Assembly (NCBI GenBank): GCA_965263295.1
Contig: OZ253665.1
Location: forward strand, 1,568,001 to 1,632,000
Length of the DNA: 64,000 bases
From: Spirochaetia bacterium
Lineage (GTDB): Bacteria; Spirochaetota; Spirochaetia; SP-2023
Direction: 5' to 3'
Shown here in pieces: positions 62,330-64,000 of the stretch (position 1 is the stretch's first letter; each line of letters opens with the position of its first letter). The notes under the pieces are model-generated. The model had not been told where the DNA came from. It searched no databases and worked only from the letters and a program-made list of their open reading frames with translations. Made by a program: the position numbers and the translations under genes.

Positions 62330-62683
62330 ACTCTCTATAAATACAAAGTTTGAGAATTTTGGCAATAGAATTTTGTCAATACAGTTTTAACAATTTAAAA
62401 GATTTTGCAAAAAGTATTTTCGCGGTGCATGCCCGGCGAGCGGGCTTTGCAACTAGCACCGCAGCTCGTGGCCACCAGTAATGCGGCTCAAATTTATGCG
62501 TATTTGCATATTTTCATACTTACATATTCTAACGGCGCGTATTTTGACGGCTTTTAATAAAATGCAGCTAGCTCTTTTTATTTGTAATTGCCGCCTGTGA
62601 ATAATTCCAGTATCCTGAGCGCCGGAGAAGCGGGCGGGAATCTCCTCGCGACGAGAACAGCTAGATATGACAGGAGCACCGGT

Positions 62684-64000
62684 ATGGCAGGACAAAGCCT
62701 CTACGACAAAGTGTGGCAGGAACATGAGATTGAAAAGCGCCCCGACGGCACTAGCCTGCTTTACATCGACCGCATGATTGTGCATGAGGTCACTTCGCCG
62801 CAGGCTTTTGAAGGCCTGCGGCTCAAAGGCCGCAAAGTGCGCAACAAGCACAAGCTGCTGGCCGTTGCCGACCACAACACCCCCACCCTGGATATTGCGA
62901 ATATCGCAGATGAGGCGGCCCGTATTCAACTCGATACCCTGGAGCGCAATACGAGAGAAGCTGGCGTGGAATATTATCCGTTGGGACACAAGTACAACGG
63001 AGTCTGCCACGTCACCGCGCCGCAGCGCGGCTTTGTGCTGCCAGGTTGCACCTTAGTGTGTGGGGACTCGCACACGGCAACCCACGGTGCCTTTGGCAGC
63101 ATTTCATTTGGTATCGGCACTTCGGAAGTCGAACAAGTCATGGCCAGCCAATGTCTGTTGCAACGAAAGATGAAGAACATGCGCATCCGCGTCGACGGGA
63201 AACTGGCCGACTATGTCCGCCCCAAGGACCTTATTCTCTACATCATTGGCCAGATTGGTACCGCCGGCGGCACAGGCCACGCCATTGAATTTTGCGGCAG
63301 CGCGTTTGAAAATATGGACATGGCCGGCCGCATGACGGCTTGCAATATGGGCATTGAGGCCGGCGCCCGCGTAGCGATGATTGCCCCAGACGAAACGACA
63401 TTCCAGTTTATTCAGGATCGCGACATGGCTCCCAAAGGCCAGGTCTGGGAACGCGCCAAGGCCCACTGGCTGAACTTGCGGAGCGACGCAGATGCCGTGT
63501 TTGAGCGCGAACTGCAATTTGATGCCGCCGATATTGACCCCCAGATCACCTGGGGCACCTCGCCGGAGGACGTGCTGCGCGTCGACAGTGTCGTGCCGCA
63601 GGCCGTCAACGCCACCAAGCAGCGCGCCCTGGAATACATTGGCCTGCGACCCGGCACCAAGCTGACGGACGTAACGATTGACAAAGTCTTTATCGGTTCG
63701 TGCACCAACGGTCGCATCGAAGACATCCGCGAGGCCGCCGAAGTCCTGAAAAAGGCGGCCGCCAAAGGCAAGGCAAGAATCGCGGCCAACATAAAACAGG
63801 CCCTCGTCGTTCCCGGTTCCATGCTGGTGCGCCAGATCGCCGAACGAGAAGGTCTGGATAAAATATTCATCCATGCCGGGTTCGAATGGCGCATGCCCGG
63901 TTGCTCGATGTGCCTGGCCATGAACGGCGACCAACTACAGCCCGGCGAGCGCTGTGCTTCAACTTCGAACCGCAACTTTGAAGGGCGCCAGGGCCGCGGC
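62684..64000 (+). CDS. leuC: 3-isopropylmalate dehydratase large subunit, 3'-truncated
   Basis: Not in the ORF track because there is no stop in the window. Reads [11 protein letters not shown]...[67 protein letters not shown] upstream. Confidence 0.97.
   Translation, partial: MAGQSLYDKVWQEHEIEKRPDGTSLLYIDRMIVHEVTSPQAFEGLRLKGRKVRNKHKLLAVADHNTPTLDIANIADEAARIQLDTLERNTREAGVEYYPLGHKYNGVCHVTAPQRGFVLPGCTLVCGDSHTATHGAFGSISFGIGTSEVEQVMASQCLLQRKMKNMRIRVDGKLADYVRPKDLILYIIGQIGTAGGTGHAIEFCGSAFENMDMAGRMTACNMGIEAGARVAMIAPDETTFQFIQDRDMAPKGQVWERAKAHWLNLRSDADAVFERELQFDAADIDPQITWGTSPEDVLRVDSVVPQAVNATKQRALEYIGLRPGTKLTDVTIDKVFIGSCTNGRIEDIREAAEVLKKAAAKGKARIAANIKQALVVPGSMLVRQIAEREGLDKIFIHAGFEWRMPGCSMCLAMNGDQLQPGERCASTSNRNFEGRQGRG

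Noticed and set aside
62481..62600. 39-aa ORF with 7 Leu upstream of leuC as a possible attenuator leader
   Set aside because: The Leu codons are scattered rather than tandem, there is no SD, and no terminator with a U-tract follows.
62453..63975. Minus-strand ORFs of 185, 276 and 187 aa
   Set aside because: Antisense shadows of leuC, which the ORF track missed because it has no stop in the window.

Overview
Core-chromosome segment of a spirochete (Spirochaetia). The assignment is inferred from the 16S rRNA, a DUF2225-like gene, an archaeal-type UMP kinase and the dnaG-rpoD-zinc ribbon-rnpB-TPR-mreBCD-mrdA-rodA order. Most genes are housekeeping: pheS, argS, valS, accBCD, pyrH, priA, udg, truA, rny, era, mreBCD/mrdA/rodA, rpoD, dnaG and a partial leuC. 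The window also holds a stand-alone 16S rRNA gene, tRNA-Pro(GGG), RNase P RNA, a TPP riboswitch with a thiamine/HMP ABC operon, and a GldA/F/G+DUF4340-like ABC cluster. I saw no prophage, IS element, CRISPR array or defence island. The most unusual items are: a secreted ~1280-aa DUF1266-like plus ~24-ankyrin protein; a 21-bp G-U-rich extension of 16S helix 26; a bacterial-type pheS without pheT; many ~12-bp micro-duplications and low-complexity inserts in housekeeping proteins; and a repeat-bearing, possibly switchable RNA region upstream of accBCD. All family assignments come from motif recognition by eye, not database searches. I could not establish a complete new multi-gene system.
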